Assembly: GCA_028023455.1 (NCBI GenBank)
Contig: JAQFVV010000004.1
Location: 12,648,001-12,712,000 of the forward strand
Length of the DNA stretch: 64,000 nucleotides
Direction: 5' to 3'
DNA from: Epiperipatus broadwayi
Taxonomy: Eukaryota > Animalia > Onychophora
In this document: one piece after another, positions 25,372 through 40,715 of the stretch
Position numbering within the stretch: the first letter of the stretch is position 1
Layout of the letters: every line of letters starts with the position of its first letter
Program-made: the position numbers and the translations under genes
Notes under the pieces: generated by a model
The model's database searches: none
Seen by the model: the letters and a program-made list of their open reading frames with translations, nothing else
What the model was told of the DNA's origin: nothing

Positions 25372-26420
25372 AACTTTTAATTGGTCAATTTACAAACTCT
25401 TTGATAGAAATATTTTCAACTTTTAATATTATATTAATTTTAGTTTCGTTTGCAAAAAGTATATTAATTATTTGTAATGTTAGGAAAGTAAACGAAAGTT
25501 TTTTCAAAAATATATTTTTATTTGTATTTTATAGAAATATTCAAAAGCGGAAAAATCAAAGAAAATATTACGAGCAAATTACAAGCAATGCGAACGTCAT
25601 TTATATCCCTCCCAGATTTACGTTATTAAAACCGTTACGAATTTTTTAAGAATTTTTTAGTAAAATCTTAGCGTTTTTCTAAAAATAATTATATTTTCAG
25701 CATATTTTAACCAAAATACATTATAATATGTAAATAAATGCCAGAAAAATAGTCTAAAACATTAATCTTTGTTTGAAAATCAAATAAACAGCTTGGGGCA
25801 ATCTAAACTCTTGACAGGATGTCAAAATTATTGCTATCGCTGGTTTCTTTTTCAATTTACAATCGTGTAAAGTATACAATTTTTTAATAAAACCTTACTA
25901 CTTTTGTAAAATAACTATATTTTCAGCAGATTTTATGAAAATAATGTATGACATGTACAAAAAATAATAAAAAAAACACTCTAAAACATATATTTTCATT
26001 TTCAGCGGTGAAAAAATATTTATCAGAATCATCAGCGAATAAGCGTCGAAAATGGATGGCCCAGCCAATCAGCATTGGCCTTCTTCTTTTGTTAAATTTA
26101 AAACACTCCTATTATTGATTTTTTACTTGTAAAATAATTCAAGAGAGGGCAGCATCTTATGGGACTTTTTCTAAGCTTTCCAATGGGTATAATATCATCA
26201 CCGTAGCTCAAAAAATGGCCGATTTAGAGCGATCCAAAGCTGCTGAAGCAAATTTGCATTGAACCCTACTAAAAGGATATTTTCAGTCTATATCTTGTGA
26301 AGCTCCTGTATTATTTTAAACTAAAATTAAAACTGTTCTACCAGCCAGATAGTGGTATTCCCAGAAAATCACTATTAATTATCACCAACTTTAAATATGC
26401 AAAAATAAAATATACAATTT
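25372..26420. mobile_element. Non-autonomous DNA-transposon-like repeat related to 55465-56230
   Basis: Blocks 25372-25550 and 26110-26235 align by eye with 55514-55700 and 56065-56190 (ttagtttcgtttg..aaaagtatattaat; ttttacttgtaaaataatt...gagggca.catcttat). Ends unresolved. Confidence 0.55.
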
Positions 26421-27714
26421 TATATTTTCATTGATCAAAATATTATGCTTAAAAAACACTATTATTTTCTTGTAAATATCATTTAAATATTATTATTGTA
26501 TATACTAACTGGGAATAACATTTGTTTTTAAATTAAATTTTAAAAAAATTCATTTAGTATGGATAATTATACATATTTATATTTAAAAAAACATTCAACT
26601 CAATATAAATATCAATTATATAGTAAAAGAAGTAAAAAAATAGTATATCACTCAAGAGAGATCATAAATATTATTGAGCCCTGAAATTAACAGAAATAAA
26701 ATGCAATCCATGGACTTTTAGTTTTTGATTCCATTATTCTACCAATATATTAAACACTGTATAGCAAATTAAATAATATATTTATTAAATATGTTACCCA
26801 GATTATCATAAGATATGTCTAAATGTCAAATGCACTTTTCAAAAGTATAATGAGAAAATGAGCCTATAAATGTACTGTAAGCAAAAATATATATTTATTT
26901 GTTGTGGATGGTATTTATAGTACCGATACTTTTCCATAATTTATTAATAAAATATCAATAACTATACTTATATTACAAACTTCTAAGCCCTTTTTATAAT
27001 TACAATATATTTATATAACTAAAATCTAACCTTTGTAACCATTTGATGTTGCTGAATTATTTTTTTTCCTTTGAGTTCTTCTGACTCTATAAATATATCA
27101 TACATGCTGCCACATCCACCTAAAATATTATATATATGATTAATAATACAATAGTTATATGAAAAGTTAAAAATAATATAATTTTTAAAAAATACAATAT
27201 TAAGAAACATGATTAATTTCATATGTTCGATCAATGTGTTTGGAGTACATATTCTATTCCTGTTATCTTTTCTCTCAAATTATACTTTTTTGACATTTTA
27301 ATCATAATTACCAGAGTTAAATTTTGTGATTATTCTGACCCTACTGAAAAAGATTAATATATTTCTATTCATTTACCTTTTAAAATCTGAAATCGATTTC
27401 ACAAATTTAACGTTTTCTTAACAGATCTAAAACTTCTCTAACAAAATTTTTATTTTTTGATGAATTCCAAAAGTCTACAATTACTATTTCTCTTTTTAAT
27501 TAAATTGCTTTTTTACATTATAACGTCTTCTTTTTGAATATTAAGTATGTGGATTTGGAGTTTAATCAAATAAAAATCTTAGATGAAGGGCAAAAAAAGT
27601 TTCAGAGTTATAAGGTTCCTGACATCCTTCAACAAATGAACACATGAATTCTACCCAATTATTGAATGAACCACTAAAACATCAAATGATCACTATTTCT
27701 TATCTTTATACAAT

Positions 27715-28811
27715 CTGTTAAAATGATGACAACTCTCTCCATATAATACTGGCATCCAATGCAAGTCATAATCTATGGATGCTAAAAGATTTGTATATCA
27801 AAATTCCTATCTAGTATCTACTTATCCAATATCCCCAGAATAATTTATAGCTGGTGACCTACTTAAGTGAGTAGCCTTGAATCTGAAAGCACTGCATCTA
27901 GATCATAGGATGTAATGCAATCTGTAGCAGCCACCTTTTACATTTTTATTAACTACAAAGCTATGAACCCAAAGTAAAATCACAATAATGCTTTCAATCC
28001 AAACTCATTCACTTATATACACAGATCTGAACCCAATTCAGTATCTATACATTTTGGTGTCTTTGAACTTTTAATACCACAGTCATCATCATCCTTTGGC
28101 CAGGATTCATATTAAACCCCTTAAAATATCACATGATAACCATCTCATGTGCTTACACAAGCTGTTAAAACAATATTAAATCTCTCCATATAGTAATACC
28201 ACCAGTGCAAACCATAGTATATGCTAGAAACCAGTCAGGGGATATTAGATCAGTAAGCACTAGTTATATGTGTCATTTAATATAAAATAATTCTGGTAAT
28301 AAATAGCACAATGAACACTTTGTATTTTATAGGGATTTTGATGCACAAATCTTCTAACATCCACTAATTACTATGGATTGCACTACTGTATGGAGAGAGT
28401 TGCTACTCCTTTAACAAATTGTGTAAGCATAAGAAAATCTCATGCAATATTTTAGTGTTTTAATAATACCAATCCAAGCATGATAATGACTGTGGTTATT
28501 AAAAACTAAAGATACCAAAATGTATGTATAGCTACTGAATTGTATGACTATACAGGCAACTGAGCTTGGATTGAAAATATTGTGTTTTAATTTCTGGCTC
28601 TTAGTTTTATAGTTAACTAAAAAGGCAAAAGGTAATTGCTGAAGTTTGTATTAAATCTAATGATCTACATATGGTACTCTCAGATTCAAGCCTCCTTATG
28701 AATGAGGGCTACAAGACAGAAATTAGTCTGGGGATATTGGATGGGTAAGCACAAGACAGGAATTTTGATGTACAAACCTTGTAGTATTGGACTGATTACT
28801 ATGGCTTGCAC
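27715..28811. mobile_element. Old family B inverted composite (minus 27715-28220, plus 28221-28811), HHRs decayed
   Basis: Minus part is 1.1 units with terminal redundancy (tctctccata at 27734 and 28181, period 447). Plus part repeats attttgatg at 28335 and 28762. HHR relics at about 27835-27875 and 28700-28735. Confidence 0.75.
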
Positions 28812-28991
28812 TGGATGTCACTAGTTGTTACCATTATTGATTGTTGCGTAAATTAGTTTGAATAATAAATGTAAGGTTACTATTAATCTAAATAATATAT
28901 TTTCCAATTATCAATTAAAACTAATGTAGTAGTTTTTAATTTGCCCATTGAGCATATAGATATATCCATATCAATCAAGCACAGCATTTTA

Positions 28992-29760
28992 TTATTCAAG
29001 CACAAACATTTTTTTTACCAAATCCTTTTGGCTACATTTATGAAATTCCATATGTATATATATATATATATCAGGGTGCAGAAATGTTTTATAAACCATG
29101 CTATATAAATTTTCTTCCATTAACATAGCATAAAAATTTTTTAAATGGAATTTTAAAAGATTGCATTCAGCATTTGTTACAGTCATTGATGGGGGAAAAT
29201 CATTGAAATTATTTGAATATTCTTGTTACATCTATGGTTCAATTGATGTATAATCTAAGGTAGATACTGTATTATGTAATATATCATTGATATCATCACT
29301 CAGCAAACTGAAAATATTATTTTCATGAACTTGCAAATCCTCTATGTTTACTTGAGCCCACAAATCACTACTTTGTAATGCATTTGCAAAACTCTTTATT
29401 ACTTTCATTTCTGTTTCCTAAAAAAATATTATTATTTAATGAGTTCATTTTGTTATTCTCAGACTCAATTGATATTTGATTGATGTTAGTTGTAGAATCT
29501 GAAAGACTTAAATCAAATTTAGGCAAATTATTCAAGCCATTACTAGTTAATATTCAAGTTTGTAAAATCTTCTACACTATTGATATCACTTTCAAAAGGA
29601 TTAGGTATAATAATTTTCCCACCTGTAGGTGATAATTTCTTACTAACAGAAATATTAGATTTAACAACAGTAGTTGTTGATTGAAGGTTATTCTGCAAGT
29701 GTGTAGATAGTATATCCTCCATGATAGCTGACTTGCATGTGCTATTAGTAGCTACTCTGG
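28992..29760 (-). pseudogene. Degenerate coding remnant, possibly hAT (Tip100/ZMYM1-like) transposase C-terminus
   Basis: About 140 codons in one frame with two internal stops (ETEMKVIKSFANALQSSDLW...FPPSMTVTNAECNLLKFHLKNFYAMLMEENLYSM..HPDI). The end resembles the hAT dimerisation motif PVTxAxCERSFS..K..LRSTMxEERL. Judged by eye. Confidence 0.35.
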
Positions 29761-32700
29761 ATATGTATTAAATACCTGCAAAGACATTAACTCAATCATC
29801 AAATTCAGAGCTCAATTCACAGAGGAGAGATCCACATCCTTTTCTAATAAATATAGGAGACACCCACTTCATTTATTATACAAATAAGAGACTATTAAAA
29901 CAGCACATGAATTCAGTAAACTTGAACTATAAGGATATATTATTTACACAACAATATTTCATTTATTTGATGCCTGATAAATGTTTTAATAAATAAATAA
30001 ATAAATAATAGAAATAAAAAGTAATTTCATAATCAAGTAAAAGAGATAATATATAAAATAAAAATAAAAATATTTCAGAGTGACTGGATTAGTATTAAAT
30101 TCTAACAATGAATAATTAAATCAGAATTAGTTTATGATGTTAAAATTTTGATCACGTGACATATGTTTACAAAAAAAAAAAAATTTTATTTCTTAATCCA
30201 AATGATCGGGTCCATTTATCTTGAATTTCTTAATTCAAGCTGGTGGGGAAAAAAATGTTTAAAATATTTTAATACTTCTGAGTGGCTGCTGTCAAATTAC
30301 ATCTTTAGTAATTCTTTTATTTCTTTCTATCAAATGGAGTAGTTTCAAATTTAATTCCTTAATTAATCCTGGGAACACAGTTTTATTGACTTGGTTGGAA
30401 ACACATAAATTAATTGATTTAATCTTATATTTGGTTGCCAAGACAAATCATTATGCTTTTTTTTTGGTGGTTTATTTGGCTGGCAATTGTTTTCCTCCTC
30501 TTTCTTGTAAATATAGTAGATAGCTATAATCTTAGAGGAAGGTTGCAATGGTGATTCTAGTTCATTAACAACATAAGCACATGGCTTCAAAATACAATGC
30601 CCTTCATATTTTTTCATGCTAGAGCTGGATATAGTCTATTTTATCCTTTATGGAGCAGCATACTAGCATGAGAGATGAACTACTGAAAGCCTAGAACCAT
30701 ACCAATGAAGTTTGAACTTTCTGCAAAAGGTGGTCATTATGCATTTTAAAATAATAATATTCTATTTTTGCAATTATAATTGTGAGACATTCACAAAGGA
30801 ATGCTGTGGTAATGGTATACTGTCTCATAATGACTTCTCTAGTTACCACAGTAGATAGTTTTTACTCTGCTCTCTCTGCTAGAAAAACATATTCTACATC
30901 CAATTAACTATTGTAGCCCCTTTTATAAATACTCCTTCATGTTTATCAATAAATATATTGCTCACATCTACAGCTGTCCACCTTCAAAACCTACTTTATC
31001 TATTTAATCAAACCTTATCACATCTTTATTGATAAACAATAATAATAAATCAAGAAAACAGAATAGAAGGGAGGGAGAGAGAATAAAGAAAAATATGTAT
31101 TTCTTTGAAAATCTGAATTCATCTTTTTGCCAACTTTCTTGTTTAGTTATCATATTTAACCTGTCCAGTTTTTTTTCAAATCACTTTATTTCCTTTTTCA
31201 TACAATCATATTTGATAATTAAATAATAAAAGTTTGTTTTCTCTGTAACAATAATACATAAAATATTTATATGAGAGCACATATCAATACACCCCACTAG
31301 CAATTATGGGAACTCATTTAACCCTTTTACTACCTACCCTATTTATTTGTAAGTTATGTTATTTTCTGCCTTACTATACACTCTAATATTTTATGAACTT
31401 ATATCTAGTTAAACCACGCTCTAATATATGTATATGAGTGAAGATATGTCTATGTAATGTTTAGAGAAACATAAACAATGACATTGATAGATAACTATCA
31501 ATTATTATTGACAGTTTTATGCTAAACAATTTGTTCTAGTAATCATTAGTAGTTTTATTTCTAACCCAAAATATTTTTTGGGTTGAAATTCAGACATATT
31601 TTTATAAGCATGAGAACATAATAAAAATTTCATTTTCTCTTTAAATCCAAGCCGAAATTGTTTAGCTTAAGGGTTGTCAACAGTTATTGGTAATTAACTA
31701 GAAACACCATTGCCAACATATTTCTCTAGACATTACATAGAAATATCCCTACTCTTTCCTTTATTTGCATCATAATTAATCCATGAAATTATTTAACATA
31801 GATAGCTATCTGGGGCTCAAGAAATAATGTTTTCAGGATATTAAGAGATGAAATTCTTCAAGTCCTCATACTTATAAAAATATATCCATAAACCCAAAAT
31901 AAGTAAACTCAAGACAAAAAAAAAAACTATTACAGACTATTAAAACAAATTGTTTAGTTTAAAGATTGTCAATATTAATTGATAGTTATTTGGCAAAACT
32001 ACTGCTAACAATTTTTTCTGATCATTACATTGAAATATCTTCACTCATTCCTTTATTTAGTCATATTAATCCATGGAAATATTTAATACATATATAACAT
32101 GATCTCTAGAATATATTATATAATTAAATTTATCCATTCAGTACTTTTTCCTAATGGTAAATAATAAAGAATATATATGATTGTACTGATCTATTTCTGT
32201 AATTTCATTTTCGTAACTTCTTATTAAATTTTATTTTATAGAAACTTGTCATTTCACTACTTCTATCATACATATTTATATAAACTATTTCAGTAGGTTC
32301 TCTCAACTACTTTAATAAAGAATATTTTAAATTAAACACATCATCTACTTATTCATTTATAAATAAATATATCATTGTGTCATATTTCATATTGCCATCA
32401 AATAATGGATTAGTCCGATTCCTTTCTTATCGTGATTGGATTGAGCATTCATTCCTGTTAACCAATGCATATATATAAAAAATAATGCACAGCCAAAGGC
32501 AAGAACAGGTCAATAAACAGTGATGCTCAATGAGTCTGAGTGCTTCCATTAAGGTCAGGGATCTGGAAATAAATAATTAGCCTTTTTGAAGGTAAAACAG
32601 AGAATAACTGTCCAACCTGAAAGATGTAACAGTCCAACCTGAAAGATGATATGCGTTCTCCAGAGATCAACTGTTAAACCTGAATAATAGTAGCTTAGTT

Positions 32701-33993
32701 CTCCATATACAATCAAGGAATATTCCTGCTAACCTGAGAAGCAGTGATCATTCTCCAGACTACAACTATTTAAGCTAATGGTTAACACCGCAAGGCAAGT
32801 TCATGTTTAGGATTGGAAGCTGCCAGAATAAATGCCAACTCGAGGCCAACTGTAAATGCAGCCAGAAGAATTACCATAACTACTAATGAGGCAGGATGTC
32901 AAGTACAGATAAAAATGGATAGAGAAATCTAAAAGGGCACATACGGTCGCTTCTTCAACAGTTCACATTAGAACTATTAACTGTATCCCATTAGACAGTA
33001 GCAGATGGAATATAACCAGCATTACTTAAATCTGTAAATATTGCCCCAAGTTGACAAAGGCTAAATAATTAGTCTGGTCTATAATATACCCATTTCAAAT
33101 CCAGTCACAAGATGGATTGTTAAATTATTTTTATTGTTGATCATTCATGATGATGAATGATTATTACTTTTGTGTAATGCTAGTGAACTTACAGTTAACA
33201 TGCTTATACTTATGTATAGTATTGGTGTTGATCTCTCATGTTCATTCCTTTTTATATATTTATATTCAATTTTAGATTTAAATTTTGTAGTAACTGGGCT
33301 TGATGATGATAAGTTCCATCACAGCAAATTCATCCCTGTTGCTCCATACCGTTACAATATATATATATATATAAATTCAGGATTTGATTAAACAAATAAA
33401 TTAAGCAGAATATTTCATAAATGTATCTGTTTTTCCAGCTGAAAATATTATTTAAATAATAAGATAAATTGGCCAATTAGATCTAATTATTACGTTTTAC
33501 CTGCACTTAAATAATAAAACCCTCTACTGTCAATTCAGATGACATTAAATGATAATATCACCAGGATCTATCTGAAAAAGGGAATAATGGTTTTCTATAA
33601 AGTTTCTCATTTTATGAATTTATTGAAATCATTAATAATTGTGAAATATAATAAAAAACGGAGATTGAAAGCAAATTGTTTAAATGAGCATGAACAGTAT
33701 TTCAATCTGCTTATTTGATAAGTGAAAACGAGAGAAAATTTTCCACAAGAATTGAATTTTTACTTTGAAAAACATTAATCAAAAAAGTGATAAGACAATG
33801 CAAGAACATGTTGCACTTTATCAATCAGTGAAGCTTCTCAAATCTAGTAGAGACGATTACTGGAGTGAAAGACAATTAGATTTCCAATCAAAAAAAAATT
33901 ATTTATTCTAAAAACAAAAAATATTAACCATTTCATGATAATAAATAACTATATTCATTATAAATAAGTGTGTATCTTAATGTGTTTTACAAT

Positions 33994-34136
33994 ATAGATA
34001 AATAAATAGACAAATAGATAGATAGGTGGATGGATGGGTAGATGTATGGATAGATAGTTAGACAGACAGAAAGACAGGCAGGCAGGCAGGCAGGGGGGCA
34101 GGCAGGCAGGCAGACAGACAGACAGATAGATAGATC

Positions 34137-34230
<94 letters not shown>
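33994..34230. repeat. Compound tetranucleotide microsatellite (GATA/GGAT/GACA/GGCA then long GATA)
   Basis: Directly visible. Confidence 0.97.
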
Positions 34231-36452
34231 GGGTGATACATATATTTTGTAATCTACAATAAGTATGAATATCAGCTAAGTTCTGTATCTTAAAGTAGCT
34301 GAAATAACGATATAATGATTAACACTTAAGGTTGTTTACTTTTGTTTGTTGCCTTGAAACAAACTATTTTACTATTTAATATTAAGAACTACGTTATATA
34401 ATTATCTTAATATTAAGAGAGTAGAGTAATTTATTTAAGGACAGAAAGCAACAGCAAATTACACAAGCCCTTTTATAATAATTAAGTTTTAGAGGATATA
34501 TGCAGTAATTAATGCAGAAAAAAAGTAATTTTATAAACTCAGCTATAAATGCACATAAAATATAAATGCATTTTAATGATGTGATGTTCACTGACATAGT
34601 TCTAATTTTGAGATATTAGAATACATTTTAAGAAGATATAAGTAATGGGCAAACTATTATCAATAATGATCAAATTTTAACACTGAATTATAGTGTTCTG
34701 TTGCCTAATTAAACCAAAAATTACATTTATATAAAAGAAGTGAATATTTAAAGCCAAAATCCTAGAAGTTTCTATATAAAATAGAATTCATAGACAAAAA
34801 TAAGAATAACATCTCCAAATGTTTGTATTATATTTCAACTTAGAAATATAAAGCTATTTGAGAGTTTTCAAAAGTAATTTACTCTCTCTTTGACACTAAT
34901 AAAAAAAAAATTATTAAAAAGACATTGCATGAATATAAATTTGATTTAGATCACCAATAACTTATGTGGCTATTTTAAAATGACTAGTATGTTGTATACT
35001 TCATAATTTTCAACCAATCATAAATTTATGTGATCAATGAATTTATCCATTTTTTTTTTTCACATTCAGTTTCTTATCTCTGTATATAAATTTTTATATA
35101 TTCTGGTAAATTTGTATTGTTGTTAATCCCAAATAGAGATTTACAATCTAATTTATAATAAACGGTATGATACTGCAAGAAAAAATTATTTAAATGCTAT
35201 ACAATCATCAAACTTTATAAAATGTTCTTAAATAATACGCATGCTTAAAAGATTCTCCATTACCTTATACATCATGAGTATAATATGCAATTTTTATCAA
35301 TATTAATAGCCACAAAAAATAATGTAGTTACTATTATACTACTATTATTTAAATGTTATATGTTTATCTGTATTTAGTAGAAAATGTAGACTTACATAAT
35401 TTAAACCTCAATTTTAATTTTATTCATGCAGAGCATGCTTCCAACATGGATATGTCATAATCATAACAACCTAAGTTTATTTAGTGTTCATGACATTTGT
35501 ATTTTCTCAGTCTTAATATTTAAATGTATTCCATTTATTCAAATTTATTTAAATAATCCATTTTTCTGAAAGCAGTATACATGACTCTTTTTTATTTATA
35601 GCATGCTATCTCCTGCAATTATCACGGTCTCTCTGATTTTCCACTTCCTGAATATCTCTTCATGCATACAATTTCAGCTGTTGTCAAATCAATCTTATGG
35701 TCTGATTTCTGCTCGTGATCCATAAATATGCATGTATATTCTTCATTTCTTTAGGGCACAAAGAAGTAAAGAACATACATCCATATTTGTGCATCATGAG
35801 CAGAAATCAGGGCATGAGTTTGATTTTGACTATGTATTATGCCTTTCATCCTAAATTGCTAGTTTTGGTTATTAACATTGATATAGGTCATGGATTATAA
35901 ATAGATTACTTTTAATATATTTATTTAACTGTAAGATACAATGAACTAATGATATAATTCTGAACAAATTATTTCATATGCCAGACCTCACTATATATAT
36001 ATAATATTGAAAATAAAATGTATGAATAACAACATATCATAAGAATATTTTTCTTACCAACAAAAGATATCTGTAGATACTATGTTCAAAATATCATAAA
36101 TTATAGATTTTGAAAAATAATCAAAATTACCTCAAATTGTATATAATTTATTTCTATAAAAATAATACTAAATATAACTTTAAAAATTGTAATTTCCGAA
36201 GACAATTAATTTCTAGATATAAGTATATACATTGACATAGTGATTAATATAATCCACATCAGAATGTATAATTTATGAATCTATAATTATATTAAGCTGA
36301 AAAGCAATCTCAATCAAGCTGCATATTGCTATATATGACTGACAAAATTGAAGATAATGTATGATTTGCTCTCTTTAATTAAAGAGAAATGGATATATAT
36401 CTTTGTGAAAGACAAATAATGTTATTATACAAATTTTATTAAACAAATCTAG

Positions 36453-36820
36453 TAACTGAAATACAGACTTATTATATACCTGTATCAATATATGTAATAT
36501 ATAGGGTATAAGAGTACAGACTTTCACATGCCCCACCACTCTCCACACTATCTCATAACACTGATACACTTGAACACATATATGTTGAAAAGATCAAATA
36601 ATCACCAATATATGTATTTCATGCTAAACCAGCAATCATCAGTTGGTCCAGATTACCATCTCCACACATATATCCATAAGTGCTCAGATATATATTAAGA
36701 TAACCAAACCTCATACTTTAATGGTCATGCTTCAATCCACTCCACACTCCAACTCTTCAACCATCCATCTAATTGAAAATCTTATGATGGAATGATCAAA
36801 GGCCAACCTGAGGCCGAGAT
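36453..36820 (-). mobile_element. Dispersed partial family A copy
   Basis: Reverse complement aligns to 11292-11659 throughout; contains an HHR. Confidence 0.88.
36604..36647 (-). ncRNA. Type I hammerhead motif (family A, helix III loop ACAU)
   Basis: Same as 11467-11510 except ACGU to ACAU. Confidence 0.7.
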
Positions 36821-39719
36821 CTAGATTAAATATAGAGATTCAAGTTTACATGAAAACTTATATTTTAAGTGCATGCAACAGTGAAATTGTAAAAGGAAAT
36901 TATTAAAATTTTGATAGAAGCATGCAATGATTAAGTTTATTACAGAACCCCAAAATTTGATTATCAAATCTGTATTTCAAGTCAAATAATAATAAAGATA
37001 CAAGCCTATAATAAGTATGCCATTTAAATACAGATAATATCAAAGATCTATTTTTTTATTTCAAATTTACCAAAGAATTTACAAATTCATCATAACCAAA
37101 TATATTTATATAAAACATTCATGTAAAATTGCATGAAGGCAATGCAGAAATATTAAATTTATCCTCCCTTTAAAACTTTACTCATTATCAGATAAATTTT
37201 GAAGCTGAAATATTTGTATCCTGACTAATGGTGAAATATAACAACTTTAAAAAATAAAGGATATACTAAGAAGCAAGATATATTAGTGTAGTTAGGACTG
37301 CAAAATTACATCAAAGTAGAATATACATGATTATTAGACTGAATTGTATTAAGTTTATATTAATTAACTACTTTATTACCCTTGGTGCCATATTGAATTT
37401 TAAAAAAACTGGCTTGAGACACAATTTTCACAATAACTTCATTTTCAATAATGTTAGAACAAAAAGCTTTACATTGATAGAAACTAAAAAAACAAAGGAA
37501 AACAATAATGCTATGACAAGTTGTGATTATCATTAAAAAAATAAGGAAAAAAAAAGAAATTTCAACATTATGAAATCAAAAATATATAATGAGACATGTG
37601 TAGTTAAAACATGTTGATTGATATTTTTGCTTTTACTCAAACCAAATTATATTAAAAATTCCATCATCAAACTTGATTCCTTTTTATTTAAGCCTCACAA
37701 ATATTTCCAAAGATCACTGTCACAAAAAAAATTTTAAATGTTGGAACAAATACACATCCTTGTCAAACATCAATTTCCATTTCAATAGCTTCAGAGTTTA
37801 GACTGATAGTAGTAATACTTTGTTTCATTCCATCATGTAGAAGATTCCAAAAATCAACCAATTGATTTTAAACAATGCCATGAATTATCTAATTAAGTCA
37901 TTGGTTCCAAATAGTTTTGGCATCAAAAATCATATTTCCAGTACTTCTTGACTCTCTAAAACCATGATGAATCTTGGGTAATTGCATTTAGGAACTGTAA
38001 GAAAATTTTTCAGCAAAATGCTTTAAATCATTTTTACTATAATAGATAATAATAGTATTACATAATAATTATTGTAATCTTACTGTTCTCTTTATTTTTA
38101 AAAATTAGAATAATAGAATCATTTTCAAATCAAATGACTACCTTCATGAGTCCATATATTCCTAAAAGAAAATCTATATTTCTAAAAAGTAGACTATAAA
38201 AAGAAAGTAATAATGAATTTTAAAAAATATTTAGAGATAAACCCTTTTATCTTCCAGTTTAAAAGTTTTTCAGGATAACATGTAAAAGGCAAAATAAATT
38301 AAATGACTTCAAAGTTGATGGGTGTGTTTTTCAATTACAAAGTGGTTTTGAGAATATTAAAGGGTTCCCAATTAAGGCTGAATTAGAAAACAGCTAAGCT
38401 ATCTTGCTGACTGGATCTAAAGCCATGCACAAAACATACAGACAAGTTACCCATGCTCCTCATGAAATGGTTAACCAATCAACATTGTTATGCTTTATCT
38501 AGTATTGATCTACTTGTATAAAAAGAAAGACCTTGAAGTTTCATTATCTAAAGTCATGAACTATCAATTATTAATACTGGAAAATTATTTAATTGATATT
38601 AAATAATATTTTGTTTAAATCGCATGTTGTTATTAAATTAGTAATGACTGGAAGGTTGCTATTCTTCCACATGCGCCTTACTATTACTTTCAGACAGCCA
38701 ATAGCGGTCTGAGGAGTGATATTAGTAAATAACTAACGCAAAATAAAATTAAACACTAAGAAAAAACATTGAGTATTTGAGAGAAATCCATATCTCGATG
38801 AATGCAAAAAGACATAAATTTGCTTTATTTATAAGTTCATTAAGTCTTCTATTCTAATATATAACATAAAAAATATTTAGCTTCAACAATTATTTTAAAA
38901 TTGTACTATTTTCTGCTACAAATCTTCATACGTAGAGAATTTAGGTAAATGTAGCATTTATCGATAAGCAGATGAAATTACAATTTTAGTTTTAAAAAAA
39001 GTAAATTGATTAATTAAAATAATTAAGATTTATTTTTAAGTTTCCATTTAATTTATATATAAGTAAAAAATCTTGATAAAATGTATCTCAAATAAAAATC
39101 ATTTAAAAAAAAAAAAACATTTTTTTCTTTATATTCTTTAATAAGCAAGGAAAGATAAAATGAAAAAAAATACATATTATATATCCCATGACCTTATACA
39201 TTACAATTATTTATTTAATTTAAATTATGAAGTATTGTCTGCAGCTTTGTCTAAGTACTTATAAAATGTCTATATTAACTATGTGTTTATTATAATGATT
39301 AAATGTATAATCTAGTGATAGTTCCAATACGATGATGATGATGGCCAAAGTGCAAATAATAGTAATGATTTCAATAATCAGGAAAAAAGTAGTGGATGAT
39401 GAATTACCTTTCTAATTACATAAATATAAATAAATCATATATATATACACGTGCTTTGCATATTATAAAAAATATTTTAAAACTGAATATCAACTATTCA
39501 TTTCAATAAAAATTTTATTAACAATAAATAGTGATTACATACTAATAAAGGATAAATAAATGAATAAATTGTACAATAATATGATTATATAATGTTCTAT
39601 ATGTCATCTGGCTAGATTATGTTATGAGAGCACAATCTTATACTCTTATGTGGTTAGGTATAGTGAAGAGATTCTAAGAACTTGTTTAATAGTATTAGCA
39701 TTTTTAATATAGACATGAA

Positions 39720-40575
39720 TATTTTCTTTTATAATTGACTATTCTATAATGCTGAGTATGTGGGAATTGGTAATCAGGAAAAGGAAAGAGCAATTAAAGA
39801 CCAGGTGTCAGCAAAGACTTTACTGGAGGCAAGGAGCTGGTCACGTTTCTTGATTTTTTTGAGCGTTTGATAAAACAATGGTATGATTTGTTGGGGGGGG
39901 GGGGTAATTCCATGAGACTTTTGCATCTCACTATCCATATGGAATAAAGGACAAAGGTAGAAAGCCTTATGATTGAAAAAAATCCATTATGAATGGCATT
40001 TTCAAGTGAGAAAATCACATCAGGTCTTATGTTGGAATTGATTATAATTATATCTTTCAGAGTTTTAAGTCTTGGGCACCAGTGTATAATATGGTCTATG
40101 GTTTCATCTTCACGAGCACACAGACCACATATAGGGTCAATGCTGATAAAACCTCTTCGGTGATAAAGAAACCAATTCGTGGGTAGCGCATTAAGATTTA
40201 TTTTAATGATGAAGTCAAGGAATTTGGGTTCCAGACTCCATCTTTTGAAGTGTGTAATGAGTCTTTGATTGGTTACTTTTAGGCTGGTTTTAATGGGTTG
40301 TTGATTATAGTTGATTATATTGTATGCTTCCCATAAGGTGATTTTTTGGTTAAGGTTAAAGGGTATTATCGGGTTATAAAGTTGTAGTTGTTGTATTAGG
40401 GATGCTATCCATGAACTGGAAGAGGGTGGAGGATGAATATCAACTATTGGATGCTGATTTATTAAATTATATATATTATATTATCTGAATCTTTTATTCT
40501 AATCAAGGTAACTCTCACTATAGGTGTGTAAAAAAGCTAATATAATGTTAAGGACTTTGATAAGTATGTTGTTTT
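39720..40575 (-). pseudogene. L1/Tx1-clade LINE 3' fragment with zf-RVT CCHC domain
   Basis: Minus-strand translation NALPTNWFLYHRRGFISIDPICGLCAREDETIDHIIHWCPRL...LYSIWIVRC (cysteines at 40076-40129; stop at 39794): the C..C....ET..H....C pattern. Confidence 0.8.
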
Positions 40576-40677
40576 TTTAATATAATAAAAATGTTTAAAA
40601 TGTTAATTAAAGAATTAGCTAATATCCCAATTTAAAATATTATCTAATAGTATTCAAAGAAAGCACATACCATATCC

Positions 40678-40715
<38 letters not shown>

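Noticed and set aside
33987-34241. 84-aa ORF (IYLS repeats)
   Set aside because: Translation of a microsatellite.
36447-36824. 6-bp TSDs for solo family A copies (ATCTAG here; CATTAT at 60.9/61.3 kb)
   Set aside because: Too short to distinguish from chance in AT-rich DNA.
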